DNA of 64,000 bases. Origin: an uncultured Collinsella sp. GTDB taxonomy: Bacteria > Actinomycetota > Coriobacteriia > Coriobacteriales > Coriobacteriaceae. A model generated the notes under the pieces. That model saw only the letters and a program-made list of their open reading frames with translations, was not told where the DNA came from and ran no database searches. The first letter of the stretch is position 1; the number at the start of each line of letters is the position of its first letter. This document shows positions 10,049-21,010 of the stretch, piece by piece. The stretch is from positions 381-64,380 of the forward strand of contig CABSYW010000010.1 of the NCBI GenBank assembly GCA_902482035.1, given 5' to 3'. Both the position numbers and the translations under genes were made by a program.

Positions 10049-10185
10049 TCTAAGTGCCAAAAAATAAGATTTTTTGACTCCGTGTTGTATAACCCGCCAT
10101 TCGTGGGTACCATTCAACGCGTACGCAAACAAAAAGGGTTAATTCGCGTGGCATAACCACGCAGCCCAAAAAGGAGGAGACAAGC

Positions 10186-10479
10186 ATGTCGTCTTTGAAG
10201 CCGCTTGCAGATCGTGTTCTGGTCAAGCCCGACGAGGCCGAGCAGAAGACCGCTTCTGGTCTGTATATCGCCAGCAACGCCCAGGAGAAGCCGCAGCGCG
10301 GCACCATCGTTGCCGTGGGCGCCGGCAAGGTCAACGACAAGGGTGAGCGCATCCCCATGGACGTCAAGGTCGGTGACGTTGTCATCTACGGTAAGTTTGG
10401 TGGCAACGAGGTCAAGGTCGACGGCGAGAAGTATCTGCTGATGCGCGCCGACGACATCTACGCCGTCGTCGAGGCCTAG
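10186..10479 (+). CDS. groES: Co-chaperonin GroES
   Basis: LKPLADRVLVK, KTASGLYI, VKVGDVVIYGKFGG. Confidence 0.98.
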   Translation: MSSLKPLADRVLVKPDEAEQKTASGLYIASNAQEKPQRGTIVAVGAGKVNDKGERIPMDVKVGDVVIYGKFGGNEVKVDGEKYLLMRADDIYAVVEA

Positions 10480-10497
10480 TCTCGTCAGAATCTCTGA

Positions 10498-12213
<1,716 letters not shown>

Positions 12214-12239
12214 GGCCGACAAGGTCTAGAACTCCCACC

Positions 12240-12383
12240 GGGAATCCGGGGGCGGGACGGGGGCTTCTCTCCGGAACGTCCTCGGACATGCAAAGAGGCT
12301 CCGCATCGCGCTTCGCGCTGCGGAGCCTCTTTGCGTCCTGCGGAATGTTCCGGAGAGAAACCCCGTCCCGCCCCCGGATTCCC
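12240..12383. repeat. Long nested inverted repeat (~145 nt) downstream of groEL
   Basis: Perfect 23-bp outer arms GGGAATCCGGGGGCGGGACGGGG; inner arms GCAAAGAGGCTCCGCA/TGCGGAGCCTCTTTGC. Confidence 0.85.
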
Positions 12384-12548
12384 TGCGTTTACGGCCTTGA
12401 GGTCGGCGTGGGCGGAGAATGTGGTTGATGGGGATACGTGTCCCTTTCGCTGTTTCGCGCTTTGCGCGAAAGGCGCGCTACTTTGGAGCGAACGGAGAAC
12501 GTGGTTGTTGCGACAACTGGTCCCCGCCATAAATTACCCTTGGCATAC

Positions 12549-12576
12549 TTGCGCGAAAACCTGCCCGTGCTACACT
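12549..12576 (+). promoter_or_regulatory. Putative sigma-A promoter of the riboswitch leader
   Basis: TTGCGC-16 nt-TACACT with extended -10 TG, just upstream of the aptamer. Confidence 0.5.
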
Positions 12577-12582
12577 TGCAAT

Positions 12583-12769
12583 TGCTGTTTCAGGGCGGGG
12601 TGAAATTCCCCACTGGCGGTAAATCGGGCGGTGTCAAAGGGACGCCGTGGCGCGGGCGAGGTGCCTGCGCCGAGCCGATGAGTCCGCGACCCGTGTGTGC
12701 GTTGGTTCGCATGCCGGCTGAACTGGTGAGATCCCAGTACCAACGGTTAGAGTCCGGATGAAAGAGGCA
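12583..12769 (+). ncRNA. FMN riboswitch (RFN element)
   Basis: AGGGCGGGGTGAAATTCCCCACTGGCGGTAA...AGTCCGCGA...CTGGTGAGATCCCAGTACCAACGGTTAGAGTCCGGATGAAAGA matches the RFN consensus; upstream of an ECF S component. Confidence 0.93.
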
Positions 12770-12778
12770 GGTGATCTT

Positions 12779-13369
12779 ATGTCTGAACAGTCGCAGCATA
12801 TCCATTTTGAGAACACGAATAGGTGGAGCACCAAACAGCTCGTTACCATGGCGTTGATGTGCGCCTCGGGTGCCCTGTTTATGTACGTGCAGCTGCCCAT
12901 CCTTCCTTCGGCGCCGTTTTTGACGTATGACCCGTCGCTGGTGCCGGCGATGGTGTGTGGGTTTGCATATGGCCCCGGTGCCGGTACCGCTGTTGCCGCT
13001 ATGGCGATCGTTATCCATGCGCTTACCACGGGCGACTGGGTCGGCGCGCTTATGAACTTGGTTGCCACGATGGGCTATATTCTGCCTGCGGCTATCGTTT
13101 ATCAGAAGATGCACACCTACAAGGGTGCCGTGATTGGCCTGGCGCTCGGCGTCATTGCCGCTACGGCGCTGTCCATGGTCGCGAACCTGACCATCGGCGT
13201 TTGGTTCTGGTATGGCTCGGTCGATGTGATCGCCCCGCTCATGATTCCCGCCGTGCTGCCGTTCAACCTCATCAAGACCGTGCTCAACTCGGTGTTGTCG
13301 CTGGCGGTGTACAAGGCGGTCTCTAATCTCATCACGCCCAAGAAGGACCAGGTCAAAGGCCGCGCATGA
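12779..13369 (+). CDS. ribU: ECF transporter S component, riboflavin (RibU-like)
   Basis: PFLTYDPSLVP, GPGAG, LPFNLIK; downstream of the FMN riboswitch. Confidence 0.85.
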   Translation: MSEQSQHIHFENTNRWSTKQLVTMALMCASGALFMYVQLPILPSAPFLTYDPSLVPAMVCGFAYGPGAGTAVAAMAIVIHALTTGDWVGALMNLVATMGYILPAAIVYQKMHTYKGAVIGLALGVIAATALSMVANLTIGVWFWYGSVDVIAPLMIPAVLPFNLIKTVLNSVLSLAVYKAVSNLITPKKDQVKGRA

Positions 13370-15270
13370 TTGAGTGTCGGGGCGTTTCCTTTAGCTATGA
13401 CGGTGCTGTACCGGCGCTCGATGGCATCGATCTGAACATCGAGGATGGCGAGTTTTTCTGCATCCTCGGCGGAAACGGGTCGGGCAAGTCGACGTTTGCC
13501 AAGCATTTGAACGCGCTGCTGCAGCCCGATGCGGGAACGGTGTGCGTCAACGGCATGGACGCGTCCGATCCCGAGCTGGTCTACGATATCCGCTCGACTG
13601 CGGGCATGGTGTTCCAGAATCCCGACGACCAGCTTGTGGCGACGCTTGTCGAGGACGATGTTGCGTTTGGTCCCGAGAACTTAGGGGTCGAATCGGCCCA
13701 GATCGCGCAGCGCGTGCGCGAGGCGCTGAAGGCCGTGGGTCTGGTGGGCTTTGAGCGCCACGAGACCCACGCTCTCTCGGGCGGACAAAAGCAGTGCGTG
13801 GCGCTTGCCGGCGTGCTCGCCATGGAGCCGCGCGTGCTCATTTTGGACGAGGCGTCCTCGATGCTCGATCCGCGCGGGCGCAAGGGCCTCATGAAGGCCT
13901 GTCACGCGCTGTACGAACGCGGCATGACCATCGTGATGATTACGCACTTTATGGAAGAGGCCGCTGAGGCCGATCGCGTTGCTGTCTTCCAGGCGGGCCG
14001 CGTTGCCATGCTCGGTACGCCCGAGGAGATCTTGACGCGGGCGGACGAACTCGCGCGGCTGAACCTGGATATGCCGGCATCGTGCTGTCTTGGCAAGGCG
14101 CTTCGCGCGAAGGGCGTGCCCATTTGCGCACAGGTGCGCGAGGCGGATATGGTCGCCGATATAGCGCAGGCTTATGCCGAGCGGAGTAGGACAGGCATCG
14201 TCGGGCGGCCTTTTGCGTCCGATCTTCGTATTCCCGACAACGTTTCCTCTGCGCTCGATGGCGCAGACGCGCCGGAGCCCGTCATCGAGATTTCGCACCT
14301 TTCGTATAGCTATTCGCTGAGCGCCCGCGAGCGTCGTCGTTGGCATAAGCGCTCAGCCGCCGAGGGTGCATCGAACAAACAGGCCCTCTGGGGCAACGAC
14401 CCTAGCAGCCCCTGGGCGTTGCGCAATGTGTCGCTAACGGTGCGTCGTGGTGAGTTCCTGGGCCTTGCGGGCCATACCGGTTCGGGTAAGTCGACGCTGG
14501 TTCAGCATCTCAACGGCCTGATTCGTCCCCAGGAGGGATTCGTTCGCGCGCTGGGGCTCGATCTGTCAAACAAGAAAGACGCCGCCGCGGTTAAGGCCAA
14601 GGTCGGCGTGGTGTTTCAATATCCCGAGCGTCAGCTGTTTGCCGAAACCGTGACGCAGGACGTGGCGTTTGGCCCGCACAACCTTGGCTTGCCGCAAGAT
14701 GAAGTCGACCGTCGCGTCGAGTCGTCGCTCTCGCGCGTGGGCCTCGACCTTTCCACGGTCGGCGACAAGAGTCCCTTCGAGCTTTCGGGCGGTCAGCAAC
14801 GGCGCGTGGCATTCGCCGGCGTGCTCGCCATGGAGCCCGAAGTCCTGGTGCTCGATGAACCCATGGCGGGGCTCGATCCGGCTGCGCGCAGGGATTTCCT
14901 TGAGCTTATCGATCGACTTCACCGCGATGGCCTGACCGTTGTCATGGTTTCGCATAGTATGGATGACCTGGCCAATTGCTGCGACCGCATCGTCGTGATG
15001 AACGAAGGTGCGGTGTTTGCAGAGGGAACCCCCGCGCAGGTGTTTGCACATGCCGATGAGCTCAAGTCGATCGGCTTGGGCGTACCTGCTGCCCAGCGCA
15101 TGGCGTTGGCGCTCGCGGAGGCGGGCGTGCCGCTGCGTTGCGGCGGGCTCTATACGGTTGAGTCGCTGGCAGACGAGTTGGTGGACCTGCTAATCGGTCG
15201 CTCGGACGGTCCTTCTAACGTCGCGGACATTGCTAAATCCAAGACGGTCGCGCGAGAGGAGGGCTGCTAA
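13366..15270 (+). CDS. ecfA: ECF transporter ATPase, fused A/A' domains
   Basis: Two Walker A motifs (GGNGSGKS, GHTGSGKS), FQNPD/FQYPE Q-loops, LSGGQ twice. Confidence 0.92.
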   Translation: MIECRGVSFSYDGAVPALDGIDLNIEDGEFFCILGGNGSGKSTFAKHLNALLQPDAGTVCVNGMDASDPELVYDIRSTAGMVFQNPDDQLVATLVEDDVAFGPENLGVESAQIAQRVREALKAVGLVGFERHETHALSGGQKQCVALAGVLAMEPRVLILDEASSMLDPRGRKGLMKACHALYERGMTIVMITHFMEEAAEADRVAVFQAGRVAMLGTPEEILTRADELARLNLDMPASCCLGKALRAKGVPICAQVREADMVADIAQAYAERSRTGIVGRPFASDLRIPDNVSSALDGADAPEPVIEISHLSYSYSLSARERRRWHKRSAAEGASNKQALWGNDPSSPWALRNVSLTVRRGEFLGLAGHTGSGKSTLVQHLNGLIRPQEGFVRALGLDLSNKKDAAAVKAKVGVVFQYPERQLFAETVTQDVAFGPHNLGLPQDEVDRRVESSLSRVGLDLSTVGDKSPFELSGGQQRRVAFAGVLAMEPEVLVLDEPMAGLDPAARRDFLELIDRLHRDGLTVVMVSHSMDDLANCCDRIVVMNEGAVFAEGTPAQVFAHADELKSIGLGVPAAQRMALALAEAGVPLRCGGLYTVESLADELVDLLIGRSDGPSNVADIAKSKTVAREEGC

Positions 15271-16070
15271 TGGAGGCGTTTTCGTTTGGCAGCTACTATC
15301 CCGGCGATAGTGCAATCCACCGCCTGGACCCGCGAACTAAGTTGCTCTTGGGCTTTGTGTTTCTGATCACGACGCTCACGGTTGGCAGCTTCCGCGGACT
15401 GGTCCCGGTCGCAATTTTCGTCGTGCTGATCTATGCCGTGTCCCGGGTGCCGGCTCGTCGCGTTCTGTCGTCGATGGCGCCGCTGCTGGCAATCGTCGTC
15501 GTGGTCGCGGTGCTCAACTTGTTTACCGATCAGAGTGGGCGCATCCTGTGGCAGCTCGGCTTTCTGCAGATAAGCGAGGGCTCACTGCGTTCTGCCGCCT
15601 TTATGGCGTGTCGCCTGACCCTGATGATGGCCGGCATGAGCGCCATTACGCTCACCACGCCTACGCTCGACCTCACCGCGGGCTTTGAGCGTCTGCTCGC
15701 ACCGTTTGCGCGCGTGGGGCTCCCTGCGCATGAGCTCGGCATGATCATGGGCATCGCGTTGCGCTTTATGCCGCAGTTTGCCACCGAGATGAAGCAGACG
15801 GCGGACGCGCAGGCAAGCCGCGGTGCACGCGTAACGGGTGGCCCGCTCGGCGGCGTGCGTATGCTCGGCAGTGTGGCGATTCCACTGTTCACGGGCGTGT
15901 TCCGTCATGCCGAGACGTTGTCTGCCGCCATGGATGCACGCTGCTATCACGGCGAGCAGGGCCGCACGCGTCTGCATGCACTTGCATTTCGCCGCGGGGA
16001 TGCGCTGGCTGCGGTTGTGACGATGCTGCTGTTTGCGTGTGTCATCGTCATCAATCTTCAACTTGTTTAG
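15270..16070 (+). CDS. ecfT: ECF transporter T component
   Basis: HRLDPRTK, ALRFMP, AQASRG, AMDARCY. Confidence 0.92.
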   Translation: MEAFSFGSYYPGDSAIHRLDPRTKLLLGFVFLITTLTVGSFRGLVPVAIFVVLIYAVSRVPARRVLSSMAPLLAIVVVVAVLNLFTDQSGRILWQLGFLQISEGSLRSAAFMACRLTLMMAGMSAITLTTPTLDLTAGFERLLAPFARVGLPAHELGMIMGIALRFMPQFATEMKQTADAQASRGARVTGGPLGGVRMLGSVAIPLFTGVFRHAETLSAAMDARCYHGEQGRTRLHALAFRRGDALAAVVTMLLFACVIVINLQLV

Positions 16071-16100
16071 GCGCGATTCGAGCGCAAGAAAGGGGTCCCT

Positions 16101-16547
16101 ATGACCGACAACGACCGCATGGCTCAGCTCGAGCGCGCCTGTTCGTATCTCAGGCGCATTCCGGCGTGGTATCTTGCCACGACCGATGCGAGCGACGGGC
16201 ATCAGCCCCGCGTGAGGCCGTTTTCGTTTGCCATGGTCGATGACGGTAAGCTGTGGTTTTGCACGTCGCGCGACAAGGACGTGTGGGCGGAGTTGAGCGC
16301 GAATCCCAAGTTTGAGCTCTCGGGCTGGAAGCCGGGGGAATGTTGGATCGTATTGACCGGCGAAGCCGCACTTGAGGACGACGCAGTTGCGAGCGACAAG
16401 GTGCGTCAAGCGGGTTTTAAGCACATGGTGGGCATTGGCGAGCAACACGATAGCGCCAACGACGGCCGCCTTGCCTTCTTTTCGGTCCGCAACATTGCCG
16501 CGCGCTTTTGTGATATCGACGGCAGCGAGGAGCGCCTGGAGCTCTAG
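16101..16547 (+). CDS. Pyridoxamine 5'-phosphate oxidase-like FMN-binding split-barrel protein (paralog 1)
   Basis: WYLATT...QPRVRPF...LWFCTSRDKDVWAELSANP. Confidence 0.8.
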   Translation: MTDNDRMAQLERACSYLRRIPAWYLATTDASDGHQPRVRPFSFAMVDDGKLWFCTSRDKDVWAELSANPKFELSGWKPGECWIVLTGEAALEDDAVASDKVRQAGFKHMVGIGEQHDSANDGRLAFFSVRNIAARFCDIDGSEERLEL

Positions 16548-16568
16548 CGCTCACCAGCCAGTATTCCG

Positions 16569-16694
16569 GGGTAGTCAATTTGGGACGGGGCTATTTTAGC
16601 TACCCTCATATGCCGGCTGACAATTATCCTGCCCCAAATAATTTATTGACAGTTAAAGGGTAGCTAAAATAGCCCCGTCCCAAATTGACTACCC
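16569..16694. repeat. REPIN/MITE-like element: perfect 38-bp inverted repeat with 50-nt spacer
   Basis: GGGTAGTCAATTTGGGACGGGGCTATTTTAGCTACCCT (16569-16606) and its reverse complement (16657-16694). Confidence 0.85.
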
Positions 16695-16729
16695 ATTCCA
16701 AATAGACTGGTCAGTCGACAGGAGGACAC

Positions 16730-17140
16730 ATGGACGGATTGAATACGGTGTTGGAGTATCTGACGTCGGTGCCGGCGTGGTATCTGGCGACGAGCGTGGA
16801 TGGGCAGCCGCATGTGCGTCCGTTTTCGTTTGCGCAGATTCAGGACGGCAAGCTGTGGTTTGTAACGGCGCGCACCAAAGACGTGTGGCAAGAGTTGCTG
16901 CAAAATCAACGTTTTGAGGCCACGAGTTGGTGGCCGGGCCATGGCTGGCTCATCTTGCGTGGGCGTGCGGGTCTGGATGACCAGGCCGCTCCCGATATGC
17001 GCGAGGCAGGCTGGAAGCACCTGGAGCGCCTAGGCGAGCACTACGAGGGCGCAGGCGATCCCACGCTCGTCTTCTTTAGCGTGGAGGAACCCGAGGCCTT
17101 TATCTGTAACCATGACGAATGGGTGCCGATCGAGCTCTAA
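16730..17140 (+). CDS. Pyridoxamine 5'-phosphate oxidase-like FMN-binding protein (paralog 2)
   Basis: PAWYLATSVDGQPHVRPFSFAQIQDGKLWF, clearly homologous to 16101-16547. Confidence 0.8.
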   Translation: MDGLNTVLEYLTSVPAWYLATSVDGQPHVRPFSFAQIQDGKLWFVTARTKDVWQELLQNQRFEATSWWPGHGWLILRGRAGLDDQAAPDMREAGWKHLERLGEHYEGAGDPTLVFFSVEEPEAFICNHDEWVPIEL

Positions 17141-17285
17141 ACGATTCTCTCAGCAAGCTTCGACAATTCAAATTCTCGCATGTAGCGGGCCCCACATTGC
17201 AACGTCACCGTAAGGCGCACTGGGCAATATGGGGCCCGCATTTATTTGTCAATTCCTTCGAGTGAATGTGTCGGGACTGTTTCAA

Positions 17286-17320
17286 TGCATGAATATGCAA
17301 AAGATTTGCGTAGATATGCA
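17286..17320. promoter_or_regulatory. Tandem ARG boxes (ArgR operator)
   Basis: TGCATGAATATGCA (17286) and TGCGTAGATATGCA (17307), 21-bp pitch, upstream of argC. Confidence 0.8.
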
Positions 17321-17405
17321 TCTTTTGGTGCTAAAGTTTCAACCCACTTCATAACGACGGCTGCGGGATGCGCATTGGTGCATAACTGCAGACAAGGAGT
17401 CTGAT

Positions 17406-18476
17406 ATGTCTTTAAAGGTTGGAATCGTCGGTGCGGCTGGATATGCCGGCGCCGAGCTCATTCGCCTCGTACTCGGCCATCCCGAGTTTGAACTTGTCGC
17501 CATCACGTCCAACGCCGATGCCGGCCAGCCGTTGTCTGCGGTGTACCCGAGCTTCACCGGCGTAAGCGATCTTGTCTTCACGACGCATGACGCCCCCGAG
17601 CTCAAGAACTGCGATGCGGTCTTTTTGGCCGTGCCGCACACAGCTGCCATGGCGCAGGTGCCCGCCCTGCTTGCCGCGGGCGTTTCCTGCTTTGACCTTT
17701 CGGCCGATTATCGCCTGAGCGATCCGGCCGTGTTCGAGACATGGTATGCCGCCGAGCACACGAGCCCTGAGCTGCTCAAGACGCGTGCTTTTGGTCTGCC
17801 CGAGCTGTTCTGTCGGGACTTGGAGACCGCCGCATCCGATTATGCTGGCGGCAAGTCCGTGCTGGTTGCCTGCGCCGGTTGCTATCCCACCGCAACGAGC
17901 CTTGCCGCCGCGCCTGCCGTGCGCGCCGGCTGGGTTGCCCAGAGTGGCCCCGTGATCGTTGACGCTATCAGCGGCGTGACGGGTGCCGGTAAGTCCTGCA
18001 ACGCCCGTACGCATTTTTGCAGCGCGGACGAAAACCTGGAGGCCTATGGCGTGGGCAAGCATCGTCACACGCCCGAAATCGAGCAGATCTTGGGCCTAAC
18101 CGATCGCGTCGTCTTTACCCCGCACCTGGCACCGCTCAAGCGCGGTCTGCTCTCTACGGTGACGATGCCGCTTACGCCGCAGGCTATCGATACCTTGACC
18201 CTTGAGGACGTTGTCGACCATTACAAGCAGTTCTACGCCGGTCGAACCTTCGTGCGAGTACTCGATGCCGGCCAGCAGCCCAAGACGGCTTCGGTCGTCG
18301 GCACCAACGCCGCCCAGATCGGCCTCGCGCTCAACAAGCGCGCGGGCGTTCTGGTGGCTACGGGCGCCATCGACAATCTGTGCAAGGGTGCAGCAGGCCA
18401 GGCGGTCCAGTGCGCCAACATCGTCTTTGGTTTTGACGAGCGACGAGGCTTGCCCACAGTGGCGTGCCCGGTGTAG
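17406..18476 (+). CDS. argC: N-acetyl-gamma-glutamyl-phosphate reductase
   Basis: VGAAGYAG, DLSADYRL, GCYPT, HRHTPEI, IDNLCKGAAGQAVQ. Confidence 0.97.
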   Translation: MSLKVGIVGAAGYAGAELIRLVLGHPEFELVAITSNADAGQPLSAVYPSFTGVSDLVFTTHDAPELKNCDAVFLAVPHTAAMAQVPALLAAGVSCFDLSADYRLSDPAVFETWYAAEHTSPELLKTRAFGLPELFCRDLETAASDYAGGKSVLVACAGCYPTATSLAAAPAVRAGWVAQSGPVIVDAISGVTGAGKSCNARTHFCSADENLEAYGVGKHRHTPEIEQILGLTDRVVFTPHLAPLKRGLLSTVTMPLTPQAIDTLTLEDVVDHYKQFYAGRTFVRVLDAGQQPKTASVVGTNAAQIGLALNKRAGVLVATGAIDNLCKGAAGQAVQCANIVFGFDERRGLPTVACPV

Positions 18477-18610
18477 CACATTCGATTGTTAACGATTTGG
18501 TAGTCGGGCATCGAGTGGGGCGCCACTCTTAGGCTGGCCTCATGATTGTGGCTGGTATGGCGCACCAACCGATGCCCGCTTTTTTATTTGAATAAGGAGT
18601 CGTAGGGACG

Positions 18611-19879
18611 ATGAATACAGAGCAGTTCGATATCAAGATTCGTGCCGTAGAGGGCGGCGTAACGGCGGCGGCCGGCTTTAAGGCGGCGGGCATCCATGCC
18701 GGATTCCGCAAGAATCCCGAGCGCCTGGATTACGCGCTCGTCGTGCCCGATAAACCCTGTCCCGGGGCCGGCGTGTTTACGACTAACCGCTTTTGTGCGG
18801 CGCCCGTGCAGGTGAGCCGTGCCAACCTGGGCGGCGCCGACAAGGGCCACGGCATCATTGCCGGCGTTTCGGTCAACTCTGGCAATGCCAACGCCGCCAC
18901 GGGTGAGACCGGTCTTGCCTGCGCGCGCGAGACCTGCAACATCGCATCGCAGGTCATCGGCTGCGAGCCCCAGCAGATTCTGGTCGCCTCCACGGGCGTA
19001 ATTGGTCAGATTCTGCCGATTGACACGTTTGAGACGGCGATTCCGGCAGCTTATGAGGCGCTCTCCGCTCATGGTGGCGCCGATGCCGCCCGCGCCATCA
19101 TGACGACCGATACCCATTCCAAGGAGTATGCCGTTCGCTACCGCAGTGAGGCTGCTGGCCATGCAGGCAACGCTTATACGGTGGGCGGTATGTGCAAGGG
19201 CTCGGGCATGATCATGCCCAACATGGCAACCATGATCGCGGTCATCACTACCGATGCCCCCGTCGAGCCGGCGGCGCTCCACGCCCTGTTGCTCTCCACC
19301 GTCAAGCAGACCTTTAATAAGGTAACGGTCGACTCCGATACTTCGACCAACGACACCTGCATCATGCTTGCCTCCGGCGCCGCTGCTGCGGATGCCGAAC
19401 CCATTGTCGAGGGCTCTGACGCCTTCGACGAGCTGGCCTTTGCCGTGCACGAGGTGTGCGAGAGCCTGGCGCGCAATATTGCCGCAGATGGCGAGGGCGC
19501 ATCCAAGCTCGTGACGGTTAACGTCACCGGTGCCGCGAACGACGAGGAGGCCGATATCGCCGCCCGTGCCGTCGCCAACTCGCCGCTCGTCAAGACCTGC
19601 ATCGCCGGCCACGACTGCAACTGGGGCCGCGTTGCCATGGCGCTCGGCAAGTGCGGCGTGCAGTTTAACCAGGAAGATGTGTCCATCGACATGATGGGTA
19701 TGCCCGTCTGCCGCGACGGCCTGACCGTTCCCTTTGACGAGGACGAGGCGCTGCGTCGCTTTGAGGCGCCCGAGATTGTGATCTCGGCAGACCTGGGCGC
19801 GGGCGACGCGGCAACCACCGTGTGGACCTGTGACCTCACGCACGAGTACATCTCCATTAACGGTGATTACCGTTCCTAG
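18611..19879 (+). CDS. argJ: Bifunctional ornithine acetyltransferase/N-acetylglutamate synthase
   Basis: NSGNANAATG, KGSGMIMPNMAT, VDSDTSTND, DGEGASK, INGDYRS. Confidence 0.97.
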   Translation: MNTEQFDIKIRAVEGGVTAAAGFKAAGIHAGFRKNPERLDYALVVPDKPCPGAGVFTTNRFCAAPVQVSRANLGGADKGHGIIAGVSVNSGNANAATGETGLACARETCNIASQVIGCEPQQILVASTGVIGQILPIDTFETAIPAAYEALSAHGGADAARAIMTTDTHSKEYAVRYRSEAAGHAGNAYTVGGMCKGSGMIMPNMATMIAVITTDAPVEPAALHALLLSTVKQTFNKVTVDSDTSTNDTCIMLASGAAAADAEPIVEGSDAFDELAFAVHEVCESLARNIAADGEGASKLVTVNVTGAANDEEADIAARAVANSPLVKTCIAGHDCNWGRVAMALGKCGVQFNQEDVSIDMMGMPVCRDGLTVPFDEDEALRRFEAPEIVISADLGAGDAATTVWTCDLTHEYISINGDYRS

Positions 19880-19960
19880 ACTCCCGATGTGTCGCGCGTC
19901 CCGTTGCAATCGCGGGCAACGAGGTGCGGCGCGATAGCTACACGAAAGACGAGGCAGACT

Positions 19961-20941
19961 ATGAAGTTCGCACGCGATTGCCGCTCGAGCGAATCCAACG
20001 AAGTTACCGCGCAGCTGCTGTTCGAGGCACTGCCGTGGATTAAGAACCTGACCGGTAAGACGGTCGTTATCAAGTACGGCGGTGCCGCCATGGTCGACGA
20101 GCAACTGCGTCGTGACGTGATGAGCGACATCGTCCTGCTCAAGATTATCGGCATGCGCCCTGTTATCGTGCACGGTGGCGGCAAGGCCATCAACGAGGCG
20201 CTCAGCCACTACGACATCCCCGTCGAGTTTAAGAACGGCCAGCGCGTGACTACGCCTGCCACCATGGACATCGTACGCGAGGTACTGGGTGGCAAGGTCA
20301 ATCAGGAGCTGGTCGCGGCGCTCAACCACCACGGCAACCTGGCCGTGGGCGTGTCCGGCAGCGACGCCGGTACCCTTATCGCCGAGCCACTCGACCCAGA
20401 GCTCGGCCGCGTAGGCAAGGTCACGCACGTCAACACCGACTATATCGAGCGTTTGCTCGACAGCGAGTACATTCCCGTTGTCGCCACGGTCGCGGCGGGG
20501 GAGGACGGTGGCTTCTTCAACATCAACGCCGATACCGCCGCCGGCGCCGTTGCGGCGGCGCTTCATGCGCACAAAGCGATCTTCTTGACCGACGTCGACG
20601 GCCTGTACAAGGACTTTAGCGACAAGGATTCGCTTATCTCCAACCTGACGCTCGATGAGGTCAATGAGATGCTCTATGGCGGCGAGGTCGACAAGGGCAT
20701 GATCCCCAAGCTGCGCGCCGCCGTCGATGCGCTTACCGCTGGCGTTTTCCGGGCCCACATCATCAACGGCACGACGCCGCACTCGCTGCTGCTGGAGCTG
20801 CTGACCGATGCTGGCGTCGGTACCGTGATCCACTCCACCGAGACGGCCTACGAGTTCGATACGCATCCGCACCCGCTTTCGACGTTTGCGGCGCGCCTGG
20901 CCGAGAACCTCGACGAGGTCGAGAAGCTCCAGACGGTCTAG
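19961..20941 (+). CDS. argB: Acetylglutamate kinase
   Basis: VIKYGGAAM, VHGGGK, NINAD, GMIPK. Confidence 0.97.
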   Translation: MKFARDCRSSESNEVTAQLLFEALPWIKNLTGKTVVIKYGGAAMVDEQLRRDVMSDIVLLKIIGMRPVIVHGGGKAINEALSHYDIPVEFKNGQRVTTPATMDIVREVLGGKVNQELVAALNHHGNLAVGVSGSDAGTLIAEPLDPELGRVGKVTHVNTDYIERLLDSEYIPVVATVAAGEDGGFFNINADTAAGAVAAALHAHKAIFLTDVDGLYKDFSDKDSLISNLTLDEVNEMLYGGEVDKGMIPKLRAAVDALTAGVFRAHIINGTTPHSLLLELLTDAGVGTVIHSTETAYEFDTHPHPLSTFAARLAENLDEVEKLQTV

Positions 20942-21010
20942 CTGACCCGCGGTCGTCGCGTCCCTGCACCCATAGCCCTGCGCCGTACGGCGCCCAACGA
21001 AAGGCATCTC

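Noticed and set aside
13786..13800. ABC signature region reads LSGGQKQC instead of the usual ...QKQR
   Set aside because: Single substitution with Walker A/B intact; insufficient to call inactivation
16646..16670. TTGACA...TAAAAT promoter inside the REPIN-like element
   Set aside because: Spacer is only 13 nt, too short for a sigma-A promoter
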